Positions 54,673 through 64,000 of a DNA stretch of 64,000 nt are shown piece by piece; the first letter of the stretch is position 1, and every line of letters starts with the position of its first letter. The notes under the pieces were generated by a model. That model did not search any database, was not told the DNA's origin, and was given only the letters and a program-made list of their open reading frames with translations. Position numbers and translations under genes: made by a program. Origin of the DNA: Escherichia coli (lineage in GTDB: Bacteria; Pseudomonadota; Gammaproteobacteria; Enterobacterales; Enterobacteriaceae); NCBI RefSeq assembly GCF_009931435.1, contig NZ_CP043414.1, one strand, 5' to 3'.

Positions 54673-54688
54673 TGTGCGGCAATTCACA
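54673..54688. promoter_or_regulatory. CRP binding site in the glpA/glpT divergent control region
   Basis: tgtgc-ggcaat-tcaca matches the CRP consensus TGTGA-N6-TCACA in both half-sites. Confidence 0.6.
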
Positions 54689-54798
54689 TTTAATTTCTGA
54701 ATGTTTTCTTAACATCGCGGCAACTCAAGAAACGGCAGGTTCTCCCACTGAATCAGGCTGTTAATCATAAATAAGACCACGGGCCACGGAGGCTTTCA

Positions 54799-56157
54799 AT
54801 GTTGAGTATTTTTAAACCGGCGCCACACAAAGCGCGCTTACCTGCCGCGGAGATCGATCCGACTTATCGTCGATTGCGCTGGCAAATTTTCCTGGGGATA
54901 TTCTTTGGCTATGCTGCTTACTATTTGGTTCGTAAGAACTTTGCGCTCGCTATGCCTTACCTGGTGGAGCAGGGATTCTCACGCGGTGATTTAGGTTTCG
55001 CGCTTTCTGGGATCTCGATCGCCTATGGATTTTCGAAATTCATCATGGGTTCGGTGTCGGATCGCTCGAATCCGCGCGTTTTCCTCCCCGCAGGTTTGAT
55101 TCTGGCGGCGGCAGTGATGCTGTTTATGGGCTTTGTGCCATGGGCGACATCGAGCATTGCGGTAATGTTTGTACTGTTGTTCCTCTGCGGCTGGTTCCAG
55201 GGGATGGGGTGGCCGCCGTGTGGTCGTACTATGGTGCACTGGTGGTCGCAGAAAGAACGTGGCGGCATTGTGTCGGTGTGGAACTGTGCGCACAACGTCG
55301 GTGGTGGTATTCCGCCGCTGCTGTTCCTGCTGGGGATGGCCTGGTTCAATGACTGGCACGCGGCCCTCTATATGCCCGCTTTCTGCGCCATTCTGGTGGC
55401 ACTATTCGCCTTTGCGATGATGCGCGATACCCCACAATCCTGTGGCTTGCCGCCGATCGAAGAGTACAAAAACGATTATCCGGACGACTATAACGAAAAA
55501 GCGGAACAGGAGCTGACCGCAAAGCAAATTTTCATGCAGTACGTGCTGCCGAACAAACTGCTGTGGTACATCGCCATCGCCAACGTGTTCGTTTATCTGC
55601 TGCGTTACGGCATCCTCGACTGGTCACCGACCTACCTGAAAGAAGTTAAGCATTTCGCGCTGGATAAATCCTCCTGGGCCTACTTCCTTTATGAATATGC
55701 GGGCATTCCGGGCACCCTGTTATGCGGCTGGATGTCGGATAAAGTCTTCCGCGGTAACCGTGGGGCAACCGGCGTCTTCTTTATGACACTGGTGACCATC
55801 GCAACTATCGTTTACTGGATGAACCCGGCGGGCAATCCCAACGTCGATATGATTTGTATGATTGTCATCGGCTTCTTGATCTACGGTCCTGTGATGTTGA
55901 TCGGTCTGCATGCGCTGGAACTGGCACCGAAAAAAGCGGCAGGTACGGCAGCGGGCTTTACCGGTCTGTTTGGTTACCTGGGCGGTTCGGTGGCGGCGAG
56001 CGCGATTGTTGGTTACACCGTGGACTTCTTCGGCTGGGATGGCGGTTTTATGGTAATGATTGGCGGCAGCATCCTGGCGGTTATCCTGTTGATAGTTGTG
56101 ATGATTGGCGAAAAACGTCGCCATCAGGAATTACTGCAAAAACGCAATGGAGGCTAA
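54799..56157 (+). CDS. glpT: Glycerol-3-phosphate:phosphate antiporter GlpT (MFS)
   Basis: 452 aa; GGAGG RBS; 12-TM organophosphate:Pi antiporter. Confidence 0.92.
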   Translation: MLSIFKPAPHKARLPAAEIDPTYRRLRWQIFLGIFFGYAAYYLVRKNFALAMPYLVEQGFSRGDLGFALSGISIAYGFSKFIMGSVSDRSNPRVFLPAGLILAAAVMLFMGFVPWATSSIAVMFVLLFLCGWFQGMGWPPCGRTMVHWWSQKERGGIVSVWNCAHNVGGGIPPLLFLLGMAWFNDWHAALYMPAFCAILVALFAFAMMRDTPQSCGLPPIEEYKNDYPDDYNEKAEQELTAKQIFMQYVLPNKLLWYIAIANVFVYLLRYGILDWSPTYLKEVKHFALDKSSWAYFLYEYAGIPGTLLCGWMSDKVFRGNRGATGVFFMTLVTIATIVYWMNPAGNPNVDMICMIVIGFLIYGPVMLIGLHALELAPKKAAGTAAGFTGLFGYLGGSVAASAIVGYTVDFFGWDGGFMVMIGGSILAVILLIVVMIGEKRRHQELLQKRNGG

Positions 56158-56161
56158 TGGC

Positions 56162-57238
56162 ATGAAATTGACGCTGAAAAACCTTAGCATGGCGATCATG
56201 ATGAGTGGAATGATCATGGGAAGCAGTGCAATGGCGGCGGATAGCAACGAAAAAATAGTCATCGCCCATCGCGGTGCCAGTGGATATTTACCGGAGCATA
56301 CGCTGCCAGCAAAAGCGATGGCGTATGCGCAGGGGGCAGATTATCTGGAACAGGATTTGGTGATGACCAAAGACGACCATCTGGTTGTTCTGCATGACCA
56401 TTATCTCGATCGTGTTACTGATGTCGCCGATCGTTTCCCGGACAGGGCGCGTAAAGATGGCCGTTACTACGCGATAGATTTTACGCTGGATGAAATTAAG
56501 TCGCTGAAATTTACCGAAGGTTTCGATATTGAAAACGGTAAAAAAGTGCAGACTTATCCGGGGCGTTTCCCGATGGGTAAGTCTGACTTCCGGGTGCACA
56601 CCTTTGAAGAAGAGATTGAATTTGTTCAGGGGTTAAATCACTCTACCGGGAAAAATATCGGTATCTATCCAGAAATTAAAGCGCCGTGGTTCCATCATCA
56701 GGAAGGGAAGGATATTGCGGCAAAAACGCTGGAAGTGCTGAAGAAATATGGTTACACCGGCAAGGACGACAAAGTTTATTTGCAATGTTTTGATGTTGAT
56801 GAACTGAAGCGCATTAAAAATGAGCTGGAACCCAAAATGGGCATGGACCTCAATCTGGTACAGTTGATTGCCTATACCGACTGGAATGAAACGCAGCAGA
56901 AACAGCCGGACGGAAGCTGGGTTAATTACAGCTATGACTGGATGTTCAAGCCGGGCGCTATGAAACAGGTAGCGGAATATGCTGATGGCATTGGTCCGGA
57001 TTACCATATGGTGATTGAGGAGACATCGCAGCCGGGTAATATCAAGCTTACCGGAATGGTAAAAGATGCACAGCAGAATAAGCTGGTGGTGCATCCTTAT
57101 ACCGTGCGGGTCGACAAGCTGCCGGAATATGCCACCGATGTGAATCAGTTGTATGATGCTCTGTATAACAAAGCGGGTGTAAATGGGCTGTTTACTGATT
57201 TCCCTGATAAGGCAGTAAAATTCCTTAATAAAGAGTAA
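56162..57238 (+). CDS. glpQ: Periplasmic glycerophosphodiester phosphodiesterase GlpQ
   Basis: 358 aa from MKLTLKNLSMAIMMSGMIMGSSAMA (signal peptide); HRGASGYLPEHT catalytic motif. Confidence 0.92.
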   Translation: MKLTLKNLSMAIMMSGMIMGSSAMAADSNEKIVIAHRGASGYLPEHTLPAKAMAYAQGADYLEQDLVMTKDDHLVVLHDHYLDRVTDVADRFPDRARKDGRYYAIDFTLDEIKSLKFTEGFDIENGKKVQTYPGRFPMGKSDFRVHTFEEEIEFVQGLNHSTGKNIGIYPEIKAPWFHHQEGKDIAAKTLEVLKKYGYTGKDDKVYLQCFDVDELKRIKNELEPKMGMDLNLVQLIAYTDWNETQQKQPDGSWVNYSYDWMFKPGAMKQVAEYADGIGPDYHMVIEETSQPGNIKLTGMVKDAQQNKLVVHPYTVRVDKLPEYATDVNQLYDALYNKAGVNGLFTDFPDKAVKFLNKE

Positions 57239-57245
57239 TGCTACT

Positions 57246-57274
57246 GCAGGATGGCGTTTATGCGCCATCCTCTG
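57246..57274 (+). terminator. Hairpin just downstream of glpQ
   Basis: ggatggcg / cgccatcc stem with a 6-nt loop, 8 nt after the glpQ stop; no strong T-run. Confidence 0.45.
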
Positions 57275-57457
57275 CTAAAGCGAAATAATGCTACTACCGG
57301 TTATTCTTTTCATTAACGGGTGCATCCTGTAAAAAGATGCCAACATAATTTTCGTAAAACTCATTCGTTAAAAAAGCTAACACTGTGCATTGTTATTCTT
57401 TAAACAGTATGAATAGGTCTCAATAATAAATTGTAATGCAGTTTATACTGTAAAGTA

Positions 57458-58528
57458 TTATTCGAATTTCGGAAAGGTAAAGAAAATATTAATGTATCTT
57501 ATTAATTTATCATATTGTTCTTGGGTGAATGCTGTTTGCACACCTTCAGGGCAATATTTACCAGTAATAACCAGTTGCCCATTGCTGTGTTGTACCATTA
57601 AACCTTCTTTTTCCTTTGGATCTACAAAATTAGAATTATCAAATGTGAAGATATTTTTTTCCTGTTTTGAGTAAGTAAAGAAATCTCGTGTATAGCTGAA
57701 ACTATCATTTATTAATGGTGCTAACTTTTTGTCGGCGATATCGATAAGCTCACCACTTAATTTATTGATGTATTTAATTTGCTTCAATTTTTTCTGCGCT
57801 TGCACAATTTGCTTGTAGGTGTTTTCAATTTTTTTAGAAGAATTCTTAAATACATCATAGCGTTCCTCGGAGGATGTGTATTTGTACCATTCTGTATTTT
57901 TCTCAGAATGTTGTAGCAGGTCTGTATATTTTTTTTGATCGCTGTAAAGTTGACTTTTAATACTTTCCTCACTGCTGATCTTATAATGTTTATCAGAGTT
58001 GTTTGTTTTTGAAATGTCCTTTTCTGTCAGTGTCTGGTCCGTGTTGTGGGTATTTTCTTTTGCAACATGCTCATTGATGATGTTAATTGCAGTTTCATAT
58101 TCATTTAAATTTATTGTTCTTTGTGAAAGAAACCCTTCTTTGCTTTCGATACTCAAAACACCTTCGTTGTTTTCACCTCTGGTAAAGGTAAGGATATAGG
58201 GTTCATAATCTTCTGCAAATTCATTTTTATACGTTATGACATGCTCGACAAAATGTCTTATTGGTACGAAACCATAACTGTGAACGTCAATTTTTTTGGT
58301 CTTGACACTATCAATTTCATCTGAGGCTTTCGTGAAAAAAGCCAATAAATTAGCTATGTTGTCTGCTGAGGTTGATAACCCGAATCTACTTTGAGATATT
58401 TTTAGAAACTCATTGCAAAAAATCTCAAGTTTCGCGGTTTGTTGTGATTCTTTGTAAATTTCTGCTGTTTGCAATTTATTATTTTGTAAAATATTACAGC
58501 GAGATAAGTGAATAGATGTATTTGGCAT
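57458..58528 (-). CDS. Orphan hypothetical protein of about 356 aa, no family recognised; AT-rich, foreign-looking
   Basis: Long uninterrupted ORF in a very AT-rich block; ATG at 58528 preceded by AAGGA at good spacing (the track start at 58564 is a TTG); Lys/Glu/Ser/Asn-rich, no TM segment, no motif I can place. Confidence 0.6.
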   Translation of the reverse strand: MPNTSIHLSRCNILQNNKLQTAEIYKESQQTAKLEIFCNEFLKISQSRFGLSTSADNIANLLAFFTKASDEIDSVKTKKIDVHSYGFVPIRHFVEHVITYKNEFAEDYEPYILTFTRGENNEGVLSIESKEGFLSQRTINLNEYETAINIINEHVAKENTHNTDQTLTEKDISKTNNSDKHYKISSEESIKSQLYSDQKKYTDLLQHSEKNTEWYKYTSSEERYDVFKNSSKKIENTYKQIVQAQKKLKQIKYINKLSGELIDIADKKLAPLINDSFSYTRDFFTYSKQEKNIFTFDNSNFVDPKEKEGLMVQHSNGQLVITGKYCPEGVQTAFTQEQYDKLIRYINIFFTFPKFE

Positions 58529-58993
58529 AAATGATTCCTTGTAGTGTGAGTTAACAAGATACAATTTAATCTTTGCAGAATATATTCACTATCAAATTTA
58601 GCTCATTTTATTACGAAGACCTTTACGCATGTTAGAAAGTATCATTATTGTTAATAAATACGGTAATAAGTAACAAACAGATATTGATAACTTCCCTGAC
58701 AAGTTATTAGGTATCCCACTTGAAGATTGAGAATGGCTCCAGAGTAGACTGTGTACTGTTCGCCGGAGTGTCATTACTCTCAACAATCGGTTTTGACAGT
58801 GAGTCGGGCGCTTCATACCGGTTTCTACCTGGAGTCATTGTCACTTCCCTAATCTGGATAAATATTTATCGCTAATTCACAAAGTGGACCAAAATCAGGT
58901 GAAAACGAATTATTACGCATGGTAAAGACTACAGGCCAACTAAGTGTGGCGAATCAGACAATCTTACATTTGTCATCAATCTCATGTCTCACA

Positions 58994-59212
58994 TCAAATT
59001 TTTCCACTCACCACGAGTTGTTCCGTACACGTTTGTAGTAAAAACAGTGGACTGCCTTCTACCGGCTTTTCTTTAGCCAACAACGAAATCTGTCGATAGA
59101 AGGTTGGTTCGTGAGGAACGGAACACAATTCACCTGCAATGGTTTTCAGCGTTAACTCTGGTAATAAGGCGATGCCTAATCCCTGTCGAATAAAATTCAT
59201 CGCTGTATCCAT
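58994..59212 (-). pseudogene. yfaH: C-terminal fragment of a LysR-type regulator (yfaH-like remnant)
   Basis: 72 aa ORF resembling only the C-terminal effector-domain end of LysR proteins (GLGIALLPELTLK...); no HTH-encoding region upstream. Confidence 0.5.
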
Positions 59213-59415
59213 CTGATTAAATTCACATTTTATTTGCTGGGCGCACTATTAGTGGTAGTGGCTGGTGGAGTCTATGCGCTGCAAATGAAGGGTAAAAGCG
59301 GTGTCGCGCTAGTAGTGGCAAAAGAAATTCATTAATACGACACGTTTCATTAAGATTTTTCGCAGGTAACCACCTATAGTCATTGTCGTTAATAAAAAAT
59401 GACAGGCGATAGGGT

Positions 59416-60066
59416 ATGGCAGTTTCAGCAAAGCACGATGAATTTAATCACTGGTGGGCAACAGAGGGCGACTGGGTTGAAGAGCCTAACTATCGCCGTA
59501 ATGGTATGAGCGGGGTGCAATGCGTCGAGCGCAACGGCAAAAAGCTGTATGTGAAGCGCATGACGCATCATCTGTTTCATTCCGTACGTTATCCGTTCGG
59601 TCGACCGACGATTGTCCGTGAGGTTGCGGTAATTAAAGAGCTGGAACGGGCTGGTGTCATTGTGCCGAAAATCGTTTTTGGTGAAGCGGTGAAAATTGAG
59701 GGTGAATGGCGCGCGTTGCTGGTGACGGAAGATATGGCGGGGTTCATAAGTATTGCTGACTGGTATGCCCAGCATGCAGTAACACCTTATTCTGACGATG
59801 TTCGGCAAGCCATGTTGAAAGCTGTGGCGATGGCGTTTAAGAAAATGCATAGCGTTAATCGTCAGCATGGCTGTTGTTACGTTCGCCACATCTATGTGAA
59901 AACAGAAGGTATGGTAGAAGCTGGTTTTCTTGATCTGGAGAAAAGTCGTCGCCGCTTACGTCGGCATAAAGCGATTAATCATGATTTCCGCCAGCTGGAA
60001 AAATATCTGGAGCCGATCCCTAAAGCGGACTGGGAGCAGGTTAAAGCGTATTACTACGCCATGTAA
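59416..60066 (+). CDS. inaA: Acid-inducible Kdo/WaaP-family kinase-like protein InaA
   Basis: 216 aa ORF with ATG start; recognised as InaA. Confidence 0.88.
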   Translation: MAVSAKHDEFNHWWATEGDWVEEPNYRRNGMSGVQCVERNGKKLYVKRMTHHLFHSVRYPFGRPTIVREVAVIKELERAGVIVPKIVFGEAVKIEGEWRALLVTEDMAGFISIADWYAQHAVTPYSDDVRQAMLKAVAMAFKKMHSVNRQHGCCYVRHIYVKTEGMVEAGFLDLEKSRRRLRRHKAINHDFRQLEKYLEPIPKADWEQVKAYYYAM

Positions 60067-60070
60067 TCAC

Positions 60071-60108
60071 GTAGGCCAGATAAGACGCGTAAGCGTCGCA
60101 TCTGGCAC
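60071..60108. repeat. REP element between convergent inaA and yfaE
   Basis: gtaggccagataagacgcgtaagcgtcgcatctggcac, a REP-consensus-like imperfect palindrome. Confidence 0.6.
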
Positions 60109-60118
60109 AAGTACCCGA

Positions 60119-60373
60119 TCACAACTCGATTTCAATATCGCCTTTTGCCCGGCAACAACAGGGCAAAATTTCCCCCGGCTGAATAAAGGCTAACGGTTCG
60201 GCAATCCAGTCCACCTGGCCTGCAACAAGGCGTGTGCGACAGGAACCGCAGTAACCTTCGCGGCACTGGTACTCAACCGCCACATTGTGGGATTCCAGCG
60301 CCGCCAGAAGGGAAGGGTGTTCATCCTGGCACAGCAGTTGTGTGCCAGTGATGCGCAGGGTAACGCGAGCCAT
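60119..60373 (-). CDS. yfaE: 2Fe-2S ferredoxin YfaE (NrdB diferric-tyrosyl cofactor maintenance)
   Basis: 84 aa; plant-type ferredoxin cysteines (CREGYCGSC ... C); start abuts the nrdB stop. Confidence 0.9.
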   Translation of the reverse strand: MARVTLRITGTQLLCQDEHPSLLAALESHNVAVEYQCREGYCGSCRTRLVAGQVDWIAEPLAFIQPGEILPCCCRAKGDIEIEL

Positions 60374-61503
60374 CAGAGCTGGAAGTTACTTAAATCGTCG
60401 GTGTCCACTTCCGAGTCAATCTGCCCGACCAGATAAGAACTCACTTCCACTTCCTGCGGAGCAACCTGTACGTTATCAGACACCAGCCAGGTGTTGATCC
60501 ACGGGATCGGGTTGGAGCGTGTCTGGAACGGCAGATCCAAACCGACCGCCTGCATACGGATATTGGTGATGTATTCAACGTACTGGCAGAGAATGTCTTT
60601 ATTCAGACCAATCATCGAACCGTCACGGAACAGATAATCCGCCCAGTCTTTCTCTTGCTGTGCCGCCTGGACAAACAGGTCATAGCACTCCTGCTTACAC
60701 TCTTCGGCAATTTCTGCCATTTCCGGATCATCCGCACCGCTGCGCAGCAGATTCAGCATATGCTGCGTACCGGTCAGGTGCAGGGCTTCATCGCGGGCAA
60801 TCAGGCGAATAATCTTGGCGTTACCTTCCATCAGTTCGCGTTCTGCAAAGGCAAAGGAACAAGCAAAGCTGACGTAGAAGCGAATGGCTTCCAGTGCGTT
60901 AACGCTCATCAGGCAGAGATACAGTTTTTTCTTCAGCTCACGTAGGCTAACGGTCACGGTTTTACCGTTGACGGTGTGGGTGCCTTCGCCCAGCAGGTGC
61001 CAGTAGCTGGTCATTTCGATCAGTTCATCGTAATAGCTGGAGATCCCTTCCGCACGTTTCTGGATCTGCTCGTTGGTGACGATATCGTCAAACACAACAG
61101 ACGGATCGTTAACGATATTACGAATGATATGAGTATAGGAACGGGAATGAATTGTTTCTGAGAATGCCCAGGTTTCTACCCAGGTTTCCAGTTCCGGGAT
61201 CGAGATCAGCGGCAGCAGTGCCACGTTCGGGCTGCGACCCTGAATGGAGTCCAGCAACGTCTGATATTTCAGGTTGCTGATAAATATGTGTTTTTCGTGT
61301 TCAGGCAGTGCCTGGTAATCGATACGGTCACGAGAAACGTCAACTTCTTCCGGACGCCAGAAGAAAGAGAGCTGCTTTTCGATCAGCTTTTCGAAGATGT
61401 CATATTTTTGCTGATCGTAGCGAGCCACGTTGACCGGCTGACCAAAGAACATCGGTTCTTTGAGCTGATCATTTTTCGTCTGAGAAAAGGTGGTATATGC
61501 CAT
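60373..61503 (-). CDS. nrdB: Class Ia ribonucleotide reductase beta subunit NrdB
   Basis: 376 aa from [17 protein letters not shown]; the track ORF extends 48 codons upstream into the REP region. Confidence 0.93.
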
Positions 61504-61528
61504 GAATGTGTCCTGTTGGGAGTTTAAT

Positions 61529-61640
61529 GCCGGATAAGGCATTTTACGCCGCATCCTGTGCCTGATGCGACGCTGGCGCGTCTTATCAGGCCTACAAATT
61601 CGAGCCGTAGGCCGGATAAGGCATTTACGCCGCATCCGGC
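61529..61640. repeat. BIME: cluster of three REP elements in the nrdA-nrdB spacer
   Basis: Three REP-consensus copies in alternating orientation (gccggataaggcattttacgccgcatcc; gcctgatgcgacgctggcgcgtcttatcaggcctac; gtaggccggataaggcatttacgccgcatccggc). Confidence 0.7.
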
Positions 61641-61649
61641 ATCTCAATA

Positions 61650-63935
61650 TCAGATTTTACATGCGCCGCTTTCGCAGCCATCGTCCTGGATTGACGGCAC
61701 CAGATCGTCTTGTGCGTCTTCAGCACCGTCACGGGTGTTCTGATAATACAGCGTTTTGACCCCGAATTTGTAGGCGGTGAGCAGGTCTTTCAGCAACTGC
61801 TGCATCGGCACTTTTCCTGACGGGAAGCGTGATGGATCGTAGTTGGTGTTAGCAGAGATCGACTGATCGATAAATTTCTGCATGATACCCACCAGTTGCA
61901 GGTAGCCATCGTTACCCGGCATTTCCCACAGCAGCTCATAGGCGTCGTGCAGATGCTCGTAGTCCGGCACCACCTGGCGCAGAATACCGTCTTTCGACGC
62001 TTTGATGCTGACGTAACCACGCGGCGGTTCAATACCGTTAGTAGCGTTAGAGATCTGCGAAGAAGTCTCTGACGGCATCAGAGCAGAAAGCGTGGAGTTA
62101 CGCAGGCCGTGCGTTTTGATTGACTCACGCAGTGCTTCCCAGTCGTAATGCAGCGGCTCATTAGCGATGGCATCCAGATCTTTCTTATAGGTATCGATCG
62201 GCAGGATCCCTTTCGCGTAAGTGGTTTCGTTAAACCACGGGCACGCGCCTTGCTCTTTCGCCAGCTCATTAGAGGCTTTCAGCAGGTAATACTGAATAGC
62301 TTCGAAGGTTTTATGCGTCAGGTTGTTGGCGCTGCCGTCGGAGTAGCGTTTACCGTGCTTCGCCAGGTAGTAAGCGAAGTTGATCACACCAATACCCAGC
62401 GTACGACGACCCATCGCTCCACGTTTGGCGGCCGGGATCGGGTAATCCTGATAATCCAGCAGCGCGTCGAGTGCGCGTACTGCCAGAATCGCCAGCTCTT
62501 CCAGTTCATCCAGGCTATTAATTGCGCCCAGGTTGAAAGCAGACAGCGTACACAGCGCGATTTCACCGTTCTCGTCGTTGACATCATTCAGCGGTTTGGT
62601 CGGCAGGGCGATTTCCAGGCACAGGTTAGACTGGCGCACTGGCGCGATGGCCGGATCAAACGGGCTATGGGTATTGCAGTGGTCAACGTTCTGAATATAG
62701 ATACGACCGGTAGACGCACGTTCCTGCATCATCAGCGAGAACAGCTCAACGGCTTTCACACGCTGCTTGCGGATGCTGTCGTCTTTCTCATATTTGGTGT
62801 ACAGGCGTTCAAACTCTTCCTGATCGGCGAAGAACGCGTCGTACAGCCCCGGTACGTCGGACGGGCTGAACAGGGTGATATCTTCACCTTTCAGCAGACG
62901 GGTATACATCAGTTTGTTGATTTGTACCCCGTAGTCCATATGACGCACGCGGTTGCCTTCAACCCCACGGTTGTTTTTCAACACCAGCAGGCTTTCCACT
63001 TCCAGATGCCACATAGGGTAGAACAGTGTTGCCGCACCGCCGCGCACACCGCCCTGAGAGCAGGATTTCACTGCCGTCTGGAAATGTTTGTAGAACGGAA
63101 TACAACCGGTGTGGAATGCTTCGCCACCGCGAATCGGGCTACCCAGCGCACGAATACGCCCGGCGTTAATGCCGATCCCGGCACGCTGGGAAACGTATTT
63201 AACAATCGCGCTGGAGGTGGCGTTGATGGAATCCAGGCTGTCGCCGCACTCGATCAGTACGCAGGAGCTGAACTGACGAGTCGGGGTACGCACGCCGGAC
63301 ATGATTGGCGTCGGCAGCGAAATTTTAAATGTGGAAACCGCGTCGTAAAAACGCTTCACGTATTGCAGGCGCGTTTCACGCGGGTAGTTCGAGAACAGGC
63401 ACGCAGCAACCAGAATATAGAGGAACTGGGCGCTCTCATAGATTTCGCCGGTCACGCGGTTCTGTACCAGATATTTGCCTTCCAGCTGCTTAACGGCAGC
63501 ATAAGAGAAGGTCATATCACGGTCGTGATCGATAAACGTGTCCATCTGCTTGAACTCTTCTTCCGTGTAGTCTTCCAGCAGATGATTATCGTATTTGCCC
63601 ATCTCGACCATTTTCACCACGTGGTCGTACAGCGCAGGCGGCTCAAACTGGCCATAGGCTTTTTTACGCAGGTGGAAAATTGCCAGGCGCGCGGCGAGAT
63701 ACTGATAATCCGGCGCATCACGGGAGATCAGGTCTGCGGCAGCCTTGATAATGGTTTCGTGGATGTCAGAGGTCTTGATACCGTCATAAAACTGAATGTG
63801 GGAGCGCAGCTCGACCTGGGAAATCGAAACGTTATGCAGTCCTTCTGCCGCCCAATCCAGAACGCGATGGATTTTGTCGAGATTGATGCGCTCTGTGCTA
63901 CCGTCGCGCTTTGTCACCAGCAGATTCTGATTCAT
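61650..63935 (-). CDS. nrdA: Class Ia ribonucleotide reductase alpha subunit NrdA
   Basis: 761 aa from [26 protein letters not shown] (ATP-cone), C-terminal redox-active cysteine pair. Confidence 0.93.
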
Positions 63936-64000
63936 GTATGTCGTACCTGTTTTTGGAATTCTTTCCGCAATAGTTTCATGCAGACTACCTGTAGTGAGGG

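Noticed and set aside
57458-58564. Possibility that the orphan ORF is a retron reverse transcriptase or part of an IS or prophage
   Set aside because: No YxDD reverse-transcriptase motif, no transposase or integrase signature, no terminal inverted repeats and no adjacent tRNA; only a single gene is present, so a mobile element cannot be supported, although horizontal origin remains likely.

Overview
This window reads as Escherichia coli chromosome (K-12-like core), in reverse orientation to MG1655 numbering, running yfbS-yfbR-alaA-lrhA, the full nuoA-N operon, yfbM-yfbL-yfbK, elaD, rbn, elaA, elaB, menFDHBCE, pmrD, arnFETDACB, ais, nudI, yfaZ, yfaY, rhmRDTA, rpnB (yfaD), glpCBA / glpTQ, an orphan gene, a yfaH fragment, inaA, yfaE, nrdB and nrdA. 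Gene identities come from recognising the translated ORFs and their synteny from memory; no database search was run. Nearly all of it is ordinary core genome with tight operon packing, REP/BIME repeats and recognisable terminators. The main candidate for something undescribed is a very AT-rich block between glpQ and the yfaH/inaA promoter region (about 57275-58993) carrying one orphan ORF of about 356 aa (57458-58528, minus strand) that I cannot assign to any family and that, as far as I recall, has no counterpart at this position in K-12. Other points worth a second look are the apparent absence of yfbN-yfbO-yfbP between nuoN and yfbM, the AT-rich elaD islet, the uncharacterised yfbK-yfbL-yfbM cluster, and several regulatory sites (PmrA-like box at arnB/ais, CRP site at glpT/glpA). 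No tRNA, rRNA, CRISPR array or intact IS element was seen.
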